Shown piece by piece: positions 1-8,485 of a stretch of DNA of 26,270 nt. This DNA is from Armatimonadota bacterium (GTDB taxonomy: Bacteria > Armatimonadota > UBA10988 > DTZQ01). Both the position numbers and the translations under genes were made by a program. Numbering within the stretch: position 1 is the first letter of the stretch; each line of letters opens with the position of its first letter. The DNA lies in assembly GCA_012961305.1 (NCBI GenBank), contig DTZQ01000493.1:1-26270 (forward strand), written 5' to 3'. Below the pieces are notes generated by a model, which saw only the letters and a list, made by a program, of their open reading frames with translations, ran no database searches and had not been told where the DNA came from.

Positions 1-52
1 GCGGGAATATCAGCCTCCGGCTGAGTAGTCACGAAAATTGGAGGACGGGTGT

Positions 53-1120
53 ATGTCTGAAGAAGTCCCTATGTTGCAGTTGCAGGATATTTGCCTGCGC
101 AAAGGTAACTTCTCCCTGGAGCACATTTCCTTCGCCGTGCAGCCGGGGGAGTGTTTCGTCCTTTTAGGGCCCACCGGCACGGGCAAGACCACCGTCTTGG
201 AGACCATCGCCGGGCTCAACCGTCCTCTGCACGGGGAGGTGTGGATTGATGGTCGGGCAGTTACCCATCTCAAGCCAGAACAGCGACAGATTAGTTACGT
301 CCCCCAGGACTATGCCTTGTTCCCCCACCTGCGGGTGATGGACAACCTAACCTTGGCCTGTCGGCTGCGGCGAATGCCCCGCCTGGAGATAGAAGGCCGG
401 CTGAGGGAACTGGTAGAACTGCTGCACTTGGAGCCTTTGTTGTCCCGCTGGCCCCACCACTTGAGCGGGGGGGAGAAACAGCGGGTGGCCCTGGCCCGGG
501 CCCTCATGATTCGGCCGCAGGTCCTACTTTTGGATGAACCCCTTTCGGCCCTGGATGCGGCCGCGCGCCGCTCCGTGCGGGGGGAGTTGAAACGAGTCCT
601 CAACCTGGCCCAGGCGACCACGATTATCGTGACCCACGATTACGTGGACGCTTTCACCTTCGGCGACCACATCGGGGTGATGGATAAGGGTCGCCTCGTC
701 CAAGTGGGCACGCGGGAGGAACTCCTTTTTGCCCCTAAAAGCAAGTTCATCGCTGAGTTCACGGGGGTCAACTTCTTCACTGGCTACATTGACCAAGCCA
801 GTGAGGATGGTTTGAAAATCGCCCGGGTAGGGGAAGTTTGCCTGTACTGTCTCTCGGAGTTGGAGGGGGAAGTGTTCCTTTCCTTCTTCCCCTCCGACGT
901 CACCCTGAGTCGCACTCCCCCCCAAGGTTCCGCCCGCAATGTGCTCAAAGGTGTGGTGCGAGACTTGGTGCACCTGGGCGACCGAGTGCGGGTGGGTCTG
1001 GATTGCGGCCTGCCTTTGGTGGCGGAAGTAACAGCGCAGGCGGTGGAGGAATTGCACCTACGGGAGGGGGATGAGGTGTTCGCCTCCTTCAAGGCCATTA
1101 GTGTCAAGACCTACCGGTGA
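53..1120 (+). CDS. modC: Molybdate/tungstate ABC transporter ATP-binding subunit (ModC/WtpC-like) with C-terminal TOBE domain
   Basis: Walker A GPTGTGKT, signature LSGGEKQRVALARAL, Walker B LLLDEP, H-loop VTHD, and a C-terminal TOBE with SARN. Start moved from 38 to ATG 53, which follows GGAGGA at 40-45. Confidence 0.85.
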   Translation: MSEEVPMLQLQDICLRKGNFSLEHISFAVQPGECFVLLGPTGTGKTTVLETIAGLNRPLHGEVWIDGRAVTHLKPEQRQISYVPQDYALFPHLRVMDNLTLACRLRRMPRLEIEGRLRELVELLHLEPLLSRWPHHLSGGEKQRVALARALMIRPQVLLLDEPLSALDAAARRSVRGELKRVLNLAQATTIIVTHDYVDAFTFGDHIGVMDKGRLVQVGTREELLFAPKSKFIAEFTGVNFFTGYIDQASEDGLKIARVGEVCLYCLSELEGEVFLSFFPSDVTLSRTPPQGSARNVLKGVVRDLVHLGDRVRVGLDCGLPLVAEVTAQAVEELHLREGDEVFASFKAISVKTYR

Positions 1121-1124
1121 GCCT

Positions 1125-1188
1125 ATGGAGTCAGGCCCTTTAGGGCCGTCGAGGCGTTAGTAGACGGGGCTCAGGCCCCCGAGTCCAA
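1125..1188. repeat. Inverted pair of 25-bp REP-like elements (REP doublet)
   Basis: 1125-1149 reads ATGGAGTCAGGCCCTTTAGGGCCGT. 1164-1188 reverse-complements to TTGGACTCGGGGGCCTGAGCCCCGT. A third copy lies at 9818-9842. Confidence 0.7.
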
Positions 1189-1209
1189 AGTTTGGGAGGA
1201 GGTTTCAAC

Positions 1210-1944
1210 ATGGGCGCCATAATCAACGAAGAAAAGGCAGGACAGAACTACTTGCGCATATTCTGCTCCTTGGTTCCGGCCCCGCCGCTGCGGGCTGCTG
1301 GACGGGTCTTCGCAGATAAGTTCGGGGTGGAGGTGGATTTAACTGCTGGCAAGCCGGAGGGATGGGCTCCTCTGGTCATCGGAGGGGAAGCGGGGGATGT
1401 TATCTGCTGCGGAGCGGAGTACCTGTTGGACGAGTTTGAGGATGCAGGGGCGATTATTAAAGAGTCGCGCCGAACGGTTGGTTACCGCCGGTCGGTGCTC
1501 ATCGTGGCCCCGGACAATCCGAAAGGCATCACTTCCTTGGCTGACCTGACGCGGCCAGAGGTGCGGGTGGGCATTGCCGTGGGCGGCTGTCCGAAGGGAA
1601 TTTGGGACGATATTTGCAGTAAGGCGGGCCTGACCGATGCAGTGCGGCGCAATATCGTGGTGCACGCCGATGGGTGTGGGTCACTTATTCGTGCCCTCAC
1701 CCAGGGCGAAATTGACGTGGGCTTTGGCTGGAGTTCCTTCTGCTGCTTCGCTCCCCAGAACGTGGCGGCGGTGGAACTATCCCGCGATTTGCAGGTGTAC
1801 CGCAGCACCTCCGTGGCTATCACTTCCTTCAGTCCCCGCAAGGAACTGGCCCGTCAGTTCATCGAGTTTCTGGTCACGGCTCCAGAAGCGCGGAAGTTCT
1901 ACGACGAGTTCGAAATGAGCCTCACGGTGCCTCCCCCGACTTAG
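1210..1944 (+). CDS. ModA-fold (PBP2) protein without signal peptide, 8 Cys
   Basis: LIVAPDNPKGITSLADLTRPEVRVGI, DVGFGW and ARQFIEFL are ModA-family segments. There is no hydrophobic N-terminus. ATG 1210 follows GGAGGAGG. Confidence 0.75.
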   Translation: MGAIINEEKAGQNYLRIFCSLVPAPPLRAAGRVFADKFGVEVDLTAGKPEGWAPLVIGGEAGDVICCGAEYLLDEFEDAGAIIKESRRTVGYRRSVLIVAPDNPKGITSLADLTRPEVRVGIAVGGCPKGIWDDICSKAGLTDAVRRNIVVHADGCGSLIRALTQGEIDVGFGWSSFCCFAPQNVAAVELSRDLQVYRSTSVAITSFSPRKELARQFIEFLVTAPEARKFYDEFEMSLTVPPPT

Positions 1945-1973
1945 ATTGGACGAGGAAAGGAGGTTGGGAAACC

Positions 1974-2933
1974 ATGATTATTCGGGCACGGGAACTTACC
2001 AAATACTACGGTGACCTCTTAGCGGTGGACCGGGTCTCTTTTGAGGTGCGGGAGGGTGAGGTTTTCGGTTTCTTGGGGCCCAATGGGGCAGGGAAAACGA
2101 CGACCATTCGGATGCTCATCGGCCTTTCGACCCCCAGTGGCGGTACGGCCGAAGTGGGCGGATTCGACGTGGTCAAACAGACAGTTCAGGTTAAGGAACG
2201 GATTGGAGTGGTGCCGGAGATTTCCAACCTGTACGATGAGTTGACCGTGGAGCAGAACCTGGTTTTTGCGGGACGGTTGTGCAAGATGGGGGGAGAAAGG
2301 TTGCAAGCGCGCATTGAGCACCTGCTGGAGTTCTTCCAGTTGCAGGAGAAACGAAAGGCTTTCTTTCGGCAACTTTCGCGGGGCCTGAAGCGCAAGGCGG
2401 TCATCGCCGCCGCCCTGCTGCACCAACCGCCCATCCTGTTCTTGGATGAACCAACCAGCGGATTAGACGTGCTCAGTGCCCGTTCCCTACGCAACCTCAT
2501 TCGAGAATTAAACGCCTTGGGGACAACCATTTTCCTCACCACGCACAACATCGAAGAGGCCGACCAACTTTGCCATCGGGTAGGCATTATCGTGCAGGGT
2601 AAATTGGTCGCCCTGGACACCCCAGAGCGGCTCAAGGCCCGCACCCAGGATAGACAGGCGGTGGAGGTTACCTTCTCCACAGGGGCGGAGGAGTTCTTGG
2701 CAGAACTGAAGGAAATCCCCTTCGCCCGCCAGGTGACTCAGCAGGGAGACAAGGTGCGAATCCTCTGTGCCGACGGTTCGCTGGCAGTGCACGAGTTGGT
2801 GAAATTCGCCGAGGCGCGAGGGGTGCAGATTGAGACCTTGAACACCCTCCGTCCCACTTTGGAGGATGCCTTTGTGGAACTGACTGGCATCAGTTCGGAA
2901 ATTATGCGGATTGACAAGGAAAGGGGCAAATAA
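1974..2933 (+). CDS. ABC-2 type exporter ATP-binding protein (DrrA-like)
   Basis: GPNGAGKTT, LSRGLKRK, LFLDEPTSGLD, LTTHNIEEADQLC and C-terminal PTLEDAFVELTG. SD GGAGG upstream. Confidence 0.9.
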   Translation: MIIRARELTKYYGDLLAVDRVSFEVREGEVFGFLGPNGAGKTTTIRMLIGLSTPSGGTAEVGGFDVVKQTVQVKERIGVVPEISNLYDELTVEQNLVFAGRLCKMGGERLQARIEHLLEFFQLQEKRKAFFRQLSRGLKRKAVIAAALLHQPPILFLDEPTSGLDVLSARSLRNLIRELNALGTTIFLTTHNIEEADQLCHRVGIIVQGKLVALDTPERLKARTQDRQAVEVTFSTGAEEFLAELKEIPFARQVTQQGDKVRILCADGSLAVHELVKFAEARGVQIETLNTLRPTLEDAFVELTGISSEIMRIDKERGK

Positions 2934-2934
2934 A

Positions 2935-3669
2935 ATGTGGGAGCGAGTGAAGATTTTGCTGTTCATTATGCTCAAAGACGCACACGTTTACTATTTCAAA
3001 CCGCCGAATGTAATGTGGGGCATTGGTTTTCCCATCGTCCTCATGTTGGTAGTTTTCTTCCTGCGGGGACAGGGTGACCTGCCGGCGCTGTTTCCGGGCA
3101 TCGTGGCCGTGGCGGTCATTTTCGGCACTTCCAGCATGGCGGCGGAGGTAATCATTTTGGAGCGTTTGGCGGGCACCTTCGACCGGCTGCTGCTGGCTCC
3201 CGTCCCCCTGTGGGCTCTCATTCTGGCTAAAGCCGTGGGAGGAGCCCTCTTTGGGTTGGCGACCACGGCAGCGGTCATCGTCATTACTCTGGGTTTCGTG
3301 CCGACCAGCATCTATTCGCCGCTGTTGTTTATTTTGGTGTTGACGGTGTCGGCGCTCACTTTCAGCCTCTTAGGAACTTTAATCTCGGCTTCGGTAAAGG
3401 CGGCCTGCGACGCTCCCCTGATGAGCAATATGCTGCGCTTTACCATGATTTTCCTCTGTGGCGTATTCGTGCCTGTTTCCCAGATGCCGGAAGTTGTGCG
3501 CCCGCTCGCTTACTTCCTGCCTTTGACCTACGCCGTAGATGGACTGCGCCAAGCCAGTTTGGGTCAGCCGGATGTGGTCAATGCGTACTTAGCGCTGCTG
3601 GTGCTGGGCGGGATAGCCGCCCTGCTTTTTGCCCGCACCCAGCAGGTCCTTCGGCAGAGTTTGCCGTAG
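2935..3669 (+). CDS. ABC-2 type exporter permease
   Basis: About 6 hydrophobic segments, ERLAGTFDRLLLAP, and FLCGVFVPVSQMP...LPLTYAVDGLR. ATG 2935 lies 1 nt after the stop of the ATPase gene. Confidence 0.88.
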   Translation: MWERVKILLFIMLKDAHVYYFKPPNVMWGIGFPIVLMLVVFFLRGQGDLPALFPGIVAVAVIFGTSSMAAEVIILERLAGTFDRLLLAPVPLWALILAKAVGGALFGLATTAAVIVITLGFVPTSIYSPLLFILVLTVSALTFSLLGTLISASVKAACDAPLMSNMLRFTMIFLCGVFVPVSQMPEVVRPLAYFLPLTYAVDGLRQASLGQPDVVNAYLALLVLGGIAALLFARTQQVLRQSLP

Positions 3670-3701
3670 CCGCTCTGTCAACGGCTAAAGGGAGCACCGA
3701 G

Positions 3702-4535
3702 GTGAGCCCCAAAGTCTGGTGGATAATTGGCGGGACGTTGGTCATCCTGTTGCTCATCTGGCAGGGGGTCCGGGTGGAAAGGGAAATTCATGCTACTGGC
3801 GCTGCGCCCAAACCGTTGTTAGAGAAAGGGGAGCGAAAAATTCAGGTTTTCGCTGGTGCGGCGAGCAAACCGGCCTTGGAGGAAGTGGCCCAGTTGTACG
3901 AGCAGCAGTATGGGACGAAAGTTGAGTGTACTTTCGGTGGTTCGGGGACCATGCTCTCCCAGATGCTTTTGGCTCAGCGGGGTGATGTGTACGTTCCCGG
4001 CTCGGATGACTTCATGGACAAAGCGGAGCAGAAGGGGGTGGTGGAGAAAGGTCGGCGGGAAATTGTGGCCTATCTCCTGCCGGTCATCGCCGTGCAGAAA
4101 GGCAATCCCCAGAACATCCAATCTTTGGAGGATTTGGCTCGGCCGGGGCTCCGAGTGGGCATTGCTCGCCCGGAAGCGGTCTGCTTAGGGGACATTGCGT
4201 TGGAGATTTTCGAGCAGGCCGGGTTGCGGGAGAAAATTGAACCCAACATCGTCACTCAGGCTACCAGTTGCTCCCACACCGCAGCCCTGGTCAAAATGAG
4301 GCAGGTGGACGCAGTTATCGGTTGGGATGTCTTTGCTGCCTGGTATCCGGAAGACATTGAGATGGTGCCGTTGCCCTCAGAACTGCGGCACTGGCGCTAC
4401 ATCCCCGCTGCGGTCACGAAGTTCGCCAGGGAGGAAAGGGAGGCGCAGCGGTTCGTGGATTTTCTCTGTTCCCAAACCGGAAAGGGAATTTTCCAAAGGC
4501 ACGGTTACACAGTTGTTGCTCCGGGGAGGGAGTAA
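3702..4535 (+). CDS. modA: Molybdate/tungstate ABC transporter substrate-binding protein
   Basis: N-terminal hydrophobic anchor; canonical FAGAAS and FGGSG oxyanion segments; AVQKGNPQNIQSLEDL. Extra Cys in EAVCLG and TSCSH. GTG start. Confidence 0.8.
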   Translation: MSPKVWWIIGGTLVILLLIWQGVRVEREIHATGAAPKPLLEKGERKIQVFAGAASKPALEEVAQLYEQQYGTKVECTFGGSGTMLSQMLLAQRGDVYVPGSDDFMDKAEQKGVVEKGRREIVAYLLPVIAVQKGNPQNIQSLEDLARPGLRVGIARPEAVCLGDIALEIFEQAGLREKIEPNIVTQATSCSHTAALVKMRQVDAVIGWDVFAAWYPEDIEMVPLPSELRHWRYIPAAVTKFAREEREAQRFVDFLCSQTGKGIFQRHGYTVVAPGRE

Positions 4536-4567
4536 AAGGCCGTAGGCTTTACCTTAGGAGGATGGGA

Positions 4568-5806
4568 ATGGGCGAGACTCTGATTAAAGCGGTAGACGTT
4601 TTCAAGTGCTGCATTTTAACCTGGGATTTCTTCCCGGTGGTCCTGCCGGCCTTTCTGATTGCAGGAGCGATACCGGTCTTTGTCCCGGCGGTGCACATTC
4701 TGCGCTATTTGGGCTATGGGGCTCGGAAAGTAGTAGCCTACACTGCGGCTTCCTTTTCCGGGTTCATCATCGCCATGTGTTCCTGCAACATCGTGCCCTT
4801 AGCGGCAAGCATTTACCGGCGGGGGGCTGGTATCGGACCGGCCTTTGCCTTTCTGTACGCCGGGCCGGCCATTAACTTCATTACCATGGTCTGGGTTTTT
4901 CAGGTAGTAGGGTGGCGCATGGGCCTGTGGCGGGCGGCTGCGGTGCCGATTATTGCTGTGCTCATTGGCCTGCTCATGCAGTTGATTTTCCGCCGGGAGG
5001 ACACCACCCGCCGGGTGCATTTTCAGGCCGTAGTCCAGCGCGAAATTTACACCGGAGAGGCTGTCCACCCCCAGAAGTTGGGCCTGCTTTTCGGGTTGCT
5101 CATTGGCATTTTAATTTTCGGGGCCAAGGGCCTGCCCTGGTGGCTGCGCTTCACCACGCTGGTAGTTTTCGGCGGGGGGCTAGTGCTGGTGGTCCGCCGG
5201 TGGTTCACACGGGAGGAGTTGCGGGATTGGCTGGAGGAGACCCTTCACTTCCTCAAATTGGTCCTGCCCATTCTGGTGTCGGCCATTCTGGCCATCGGCC
5301 TTGCCTTCCGCTACATCCCCATTAAATGGATGCATGACCACATTTATCCTTTGGTCGGCGACAATTCGCCCCGGGCCACTTTCATTGCTGCGGCGTTCGG
5401 CTCGGTGATGTATTTCCCCATCCTCACGGAGGTCGCCTTTACCAAGGCCCTGTTGAAGTACGAAATGTTGGGAGTAGGCCCGGCCCTGGCCATTCTGCTC
5501 AACGGCCCGGGGGTAAGCCTGCCGGGAGCCTTGCTGCTCCTGCGCATTTTCGGCTGGAAGAAGACGTTAGTTTACGAAGGACTGGAGATGTTCCTGGGCG
5601 GCTTAACGGCCATGTGGTTCGGACGATTATATGGCGAATATGTCTGCCCTTGCCAGACGGGGGAAGGGGCCAATCCGGTGGAGACCCTCATTGCCGTCAT
5701 AGTCATGATGGTGGTTATCGTCTTGGCGGCTTTCATCGTCTTTCGCTTTTCCTTGCCTCCCGCAGAGAAGGAGCCACCCTTAGCCCCGGAGGAAGCAAAG
5801 GCATGA
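4568..5806 (+). CDS. DUF318/ArsP-type permease
   Basis: MCSCNIVPLA, GAGIGPAFAFLYAGPAIN, a second half with MYFPILTEV and GPALAILLNGPGVSLP, and many TM segments. ATG 4568 has better spacing from AGGAGG than ATG 4562. Confidence 0.8.
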   Translation: MGETLIKAVDVFKCCILTWDFFPVVLPAFLIAGAIPVFVPAVHILRYLGYGARKVVAYTAASFSGFIIAMCSCNIVPLAASIYRRGAGIGPAFAFLYAGPAINFITMVWVFQVVGWRMGLWRAAAVPIIAVLIGLLMQLIFRREDTTRRVHFQAVVQREIYTGEAVHPQKLGLLFGLLIGILIFGAKGLPWWLRFTTLVVFGGGLVLVVRRWFTREELRDWLEETLHFLKLVLPILVSAILAIGLAFRYIPIKWMHDHIYPLVGDNSPRATFIAAAFGSVMYFPILTEVAFTKALLKYEMLGVGPALAILLNGPGVSLPGALLLLRIFGWKKTLVYEGLEMFLGGLTAMWFGRLYGEYVCPCQTGEGANPVETLIAVIVMMVVIVLAAFIVFRFSLPPAEKEPPLAPEEAKA

Positions 5807-6645
5807 AACGCATCGGCTGGCTTTTGAGTCTGGGACTGGTGGGGATTCTGGGGGGCTGTTCGCGCCCGGGGGGAGGTTCCTCTTCCCCACTCCCTCAGGG
5901 AACGACCCCCCCTCGGCAGGTGGAGGTCTTTGTGCCCTGTGGCATGATCATTCCCTTCAACAAGGTCAAAAGGCTGTTCCGGGAGCAGACGGGCCTGGAG
6001 GTGGACATTTTCTTCGAGAATGCGGTAAACCTGCTGAAGCGCATTCGCAAAGGGGCTCGTCCCGATGTGCTGGTCACGCCCGGGGAACTGGAGATGAAGC
6101 AGATGGAAGAGGAGGGTTACCTTGCTCCGGCAAGTGTGCGCACTTTTGGCACCTACCAACTCGTCCTCATCGTGCCCGGCCGCAACAAGGCTGGCATTAC
6201 TGCCCTTTCGGACCTAACCAAACCCTCGGTCAAACAAATTGCCATTGCCGACCCGGAGCAAAATTCGGTGGGCTACTATGCCCGCGAGGCCCTGAAAAAC
6301 CTGGGACTGTGGGAGGGGGTGCAGGATAAACTGGTGACCCATTGGCATGCCTTGCAGGCGGCGAAGTACGTGGTCAGCAGCCTGGTGGACGCGGGCCTTT
6401 ACTATGCTTCCTGTCCCTTTGACAGTGCGCCGGAGAAATTGGGCAACCGGCCCGGGCCCTACCGGGTCATTGAAGAGGTTCCGCCGGAGGCCTATCCGAA
6501 GGTTAAAGTGCAGGCGGGCCTCCTGCGGGAGGCTCCTCATCCGGCCGCGGGTTGGCAGTTTCTGGAGTTCCTGCTCTCTCCCCAAGCCCAGCACACCCTG
6601 GCCCAATGGGGCCTGCCCAATTACTCAAAGGAGGAAAACCCATGA
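5803..6645 (+). CDS. ModA-like lipoprotein with VPCG/YASC cysteine pair
   Basis: Lipoprotein signal MKRIGWLLSLGLVGILGG-C; ModA segments RPDVLV, IAIADPEQNSVGYYAREAL, FLEFLLSPQAQ. ATGA overlap with the permease stop. Confidence 0.8.
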   Translation: MKRIGWLLSLGLVGILGGCSRPGGGSSSPLPQGTTPPRQVEVFVPCGMIIPFNKVKRLFREQTGLEVDIFFENAVNLLKRIRKGARPDVLVTPGELEMKQMEEEGYLAPASVRTFGTYQLVLIVPGRNKAGITALSDLTKPSVKQIAIADPEQNSVGYYAREALKNLGLWEGVQDKLVTHWHALQAAKYVVSSLVDAGLYYASCPFDSAPEKLGNRPGPYRVIEEVPPEAYPKVKVQAGLLREAPHPAAGWQFLEFLLSPQAQHTLAQWGLPNYSKEENP

Positions 6646-7973
6646 AGAAAATGATTTTCGCCTGTTTGGTCGGGGCTCTCCTGCAGGGAGTCCTCGGCTG
6701 TGCCAAACCAAGTGAACAAGCAGGTCAGGCCGCCCCTCCCCCGGCCTTGCCGGAGGGCCTGGAGGAGCCCCAGGTATGGAAATTCACCTACGGGCCGGAG
6801 GAGGCCAAAGTGGTAGTGGAGGCCTTCTATCCCTTGACCGAGGCCCACCAGTGGGCGAAGGAAGTGGTGGAAAAGGTCTGTCAGGAGCATCCGGGCAAGG
6901 TGCGGGGCGTCGTGGTGGACTTTCGCCACGAGAAAGGCTCGGAGTTGTTTGTGCAAAAGGGGCTGACCTGTGGCACCATTCTCATCAACGGGGAGGACAC
7001 TTTCGATTTAGAGGGGCGCACCGTCATTTTCCAACAGGCGGAAGGGGGAATGTGGACCGAAGAGGATTTACGGCGCGTGGTGGCCCAGAAAGTGGAGGAG
7101 GCCTACGGAGCGACGGAAGGGGAGGAAGGTACGTCGGCAGAGACTTCGGCGGCGGCGCCGTCAGCCCAGACCCCTTCTCAGCCGAAAACCTCGCCTCCGA
7201 CTGCTCCCCCCCGCCTGGCGGGGGGACCGGCCCGACCGGAGGTCAAAGGAGAAGTTGAAGTCTACGTGCCCTGCGGAGTGGCTGGACCCTACGGGGAGGT
7301 CGCGGAGGCCTTTAAGGCCCAGTATCCCAACGTCCGGCTGCGCCCCCGGGTGGAAAATTTCTACGTCCTGCGCAATCGGGTGCGCGATGGAGCCACACCT
7401 GACGTGTTCCTCGTCTTCGGGCCCGTGGACTTAAAGCCCCTTGAGGAACGTGGGCGATTGGTTTCCGCCACCTACGTCAAATTGGCTAAAATTTCCCTGG
7501 CCCTCATTGTGCCCCCCAGCAATCCGGGGCAGGTGAAATCCCTGGAGGATTTGGCGGGGCCTGCGGTCAAGCAGATTGCCCTGGGCAAAGTGGACTTGGG
7601 TTCGGTGGGCTACTGCGCCCAACAGGCCCTCACCCGCGCCCAGTTGTGGGATAAGGTCAAAGACAAAGTTGTGGAAATCAAAATGCCCAGGCAACTAAAG
7701 GTCGTCGCCGCCGAGGGACAGGTAGAGGCAGCCATCGTGTTCAAAAGTTGTCTGTACGAAGCCCCCCGCCCCGGAAAGGAGCCAGAACCGCTCAAGGCTA
7801 CTTACATAGGCGACGTGCCCGCCCACCTGTACGACGAAATTGAGGTGGGCGCAGTGATGATAAAAGGCGCGCCTCACCCGGAGATGGCCCGCCTCCTGTT
7901 GGATTTTCTGGACTCCCCGGAAGTCAGAGCCACTTTTGTAAAGTGGTGGTTCACCCCTTTGGAGGAAGAGTGA
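6642..7973 (+). CDS. Lipoprotein: thioredoxin-like domain + Pro/Ala/Ser/Thr linker + ModA-like domain (VPCG/FKSC)
   Basis: Signal MKKMIFACLVGALLQGVLG-C; Trx-like strand-helix pattern (VVEAFYP...GLTCGTILING); ModA segments IVPPSNPGQVKSLEDL and LLDFLDSPE. ATGA overlap at 6642-6645. Confidence 0.75.
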   Translation: MKKMIFACLVGALLQGVLGCAKPSEQAGQAAPPPALPEGLEEPQVWKFTYGPEEAKVVVEAFYPLTEAHQWAKEVVEKVCQEHPGKVRGVVVDFRHEKGSELFVQKGLTCGTILINGEDTFDLEGRTVIFQQAEGGMWTEEDLRRVVAQKVEEAYGATEGEEGTSAETSAAAPSAQTPSQPKTSPPTAPPRLAGGPARPEVKGEVEVYVPCGVAGPYGEVAEAFKAQYPNVRLRPRVENFYVLRNRVRDGATPDVFLVFGPVDLKPLEERGRLVSATYVKLAKISLALIVPPSNPGQVKSLEDLAGPAVKQIALGKVDLGSVGYCAQQALTRAQLWDKVKDKVVEIKMPRQLKVVAAEGQVEAAIVFKSCLYEAPRPGKEPEPLKATYIGDVPAHLYDEIEVGAVMIKGAPHPEMARLLLDFLDSPEVRATFVKWWFTPLEEE

Positions 7974-8216
7974 ATGCGCCTGCTCGTGTTCACCGATGAA
8001 AGCGAGGAGAGCCAGCGGCAAAAGCAAATCGCCTGGGGCGTGGCCCGTCGCTTTCCCCAGGTGGAAGTGGTGGAACTGCCCTTAACTGGCGAGGAGGCCC
8101 AACGCCGGGGCATTCCCCGTGCACCAGCAGTAGTGGCAGAGGGGTTCATCCTCTCGGTAGGAAAATTGTTGTCCGCGGGTCAACTGCGAAGGTTCCTGGA
8201 GCGAAAGGTAGCCTGA
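7974..8216 (+). CDS. Small thioredoxin-fold protein lacking CxxC
   Basis: Aligns by eye with the next gene (EEAQRRGIPRAPAVV vs EEADQYGVVMTPTVM) and contains no Cys. It abuts the previous stop (TGA-ATG), and its own stop overlaps the next ATG. Confidence 0.65.
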   Translation: MRLLVFTDESEESQRQKQIAWGVARRFPQVEVVELPLTGEEAQRRGIPRAPAVVAEGFILSVGKLLSAGQLRRFLERKVA

Positions 8217-8485
8217 TGGTCACCATTACCATCATCAAGGCCCCTACGCCCTGCCCGCAATGTCATTTGGCGGAACAGGTGGCCCAACAAGTGGCCGAAA
8301 ATTACCCCGGTGAGGTCGCGGTGAAGGTTCTCAGTGTACTGGACGAGGAGGCCGACCAGTACGGGGTGGTAATGACCCCGACGGTGATGGTGGACGATGT
8401 AATCGTCAGCGTGCGAAAAGCCCCCCGGCGGGAGCGTCTTGCAGCCTTGATTGCTCGGAAATTGGGATGTTTGCCGAATACTTGA
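8216..8485 (+). CDS. Small thioredoxin-family protein (Thioredoxin_3-like), CPQC
   Basis: PCPQC active site, YGVVMTPTVMVD cis-Pro segment, TGATG coupling. Confidence 0.85.
   Translation: MVTITIIKAPTPCPQCHLAEQVAQQVAENYPGEVAVKVLSVLDEEADQYGVVMTPTVMVDDVIVSVRKAPRRERLAALIARKLGCLPNT

Noticed and set aside
38-49. Identical 12-mer TTGGAGGACGGG before modC (38-49) and before the aquaporin (10581-10592)
   Set aside because: It is mostly Shine-Dalgarno sequence, and two copies are not enough to claim a regulatory motif.
1121-1209. Possible Moco/tungsten-cofactor riboswitch downstream of modC
   Set aside because: The structure is fully explained by the inverted REP-like pair, which has another copy at 9818. 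I could not match the riboswitch consensus; an Infernal/Rfam scan would settle it.
7971-7976. In-frame TGA-ATG junction suggesting selenocysteine read-through that fuses the Trx-SBP lipoprotein to the Cys-less thioredoxin
   Set aside because: The TGA falls after EEE at a natural domain end, not in a redox motif. The downstream hairpin (CTCG-TTCA-ccga-TGAA-CGAG) is weak evidence for a SECIS. Simple translational coupling explains it.
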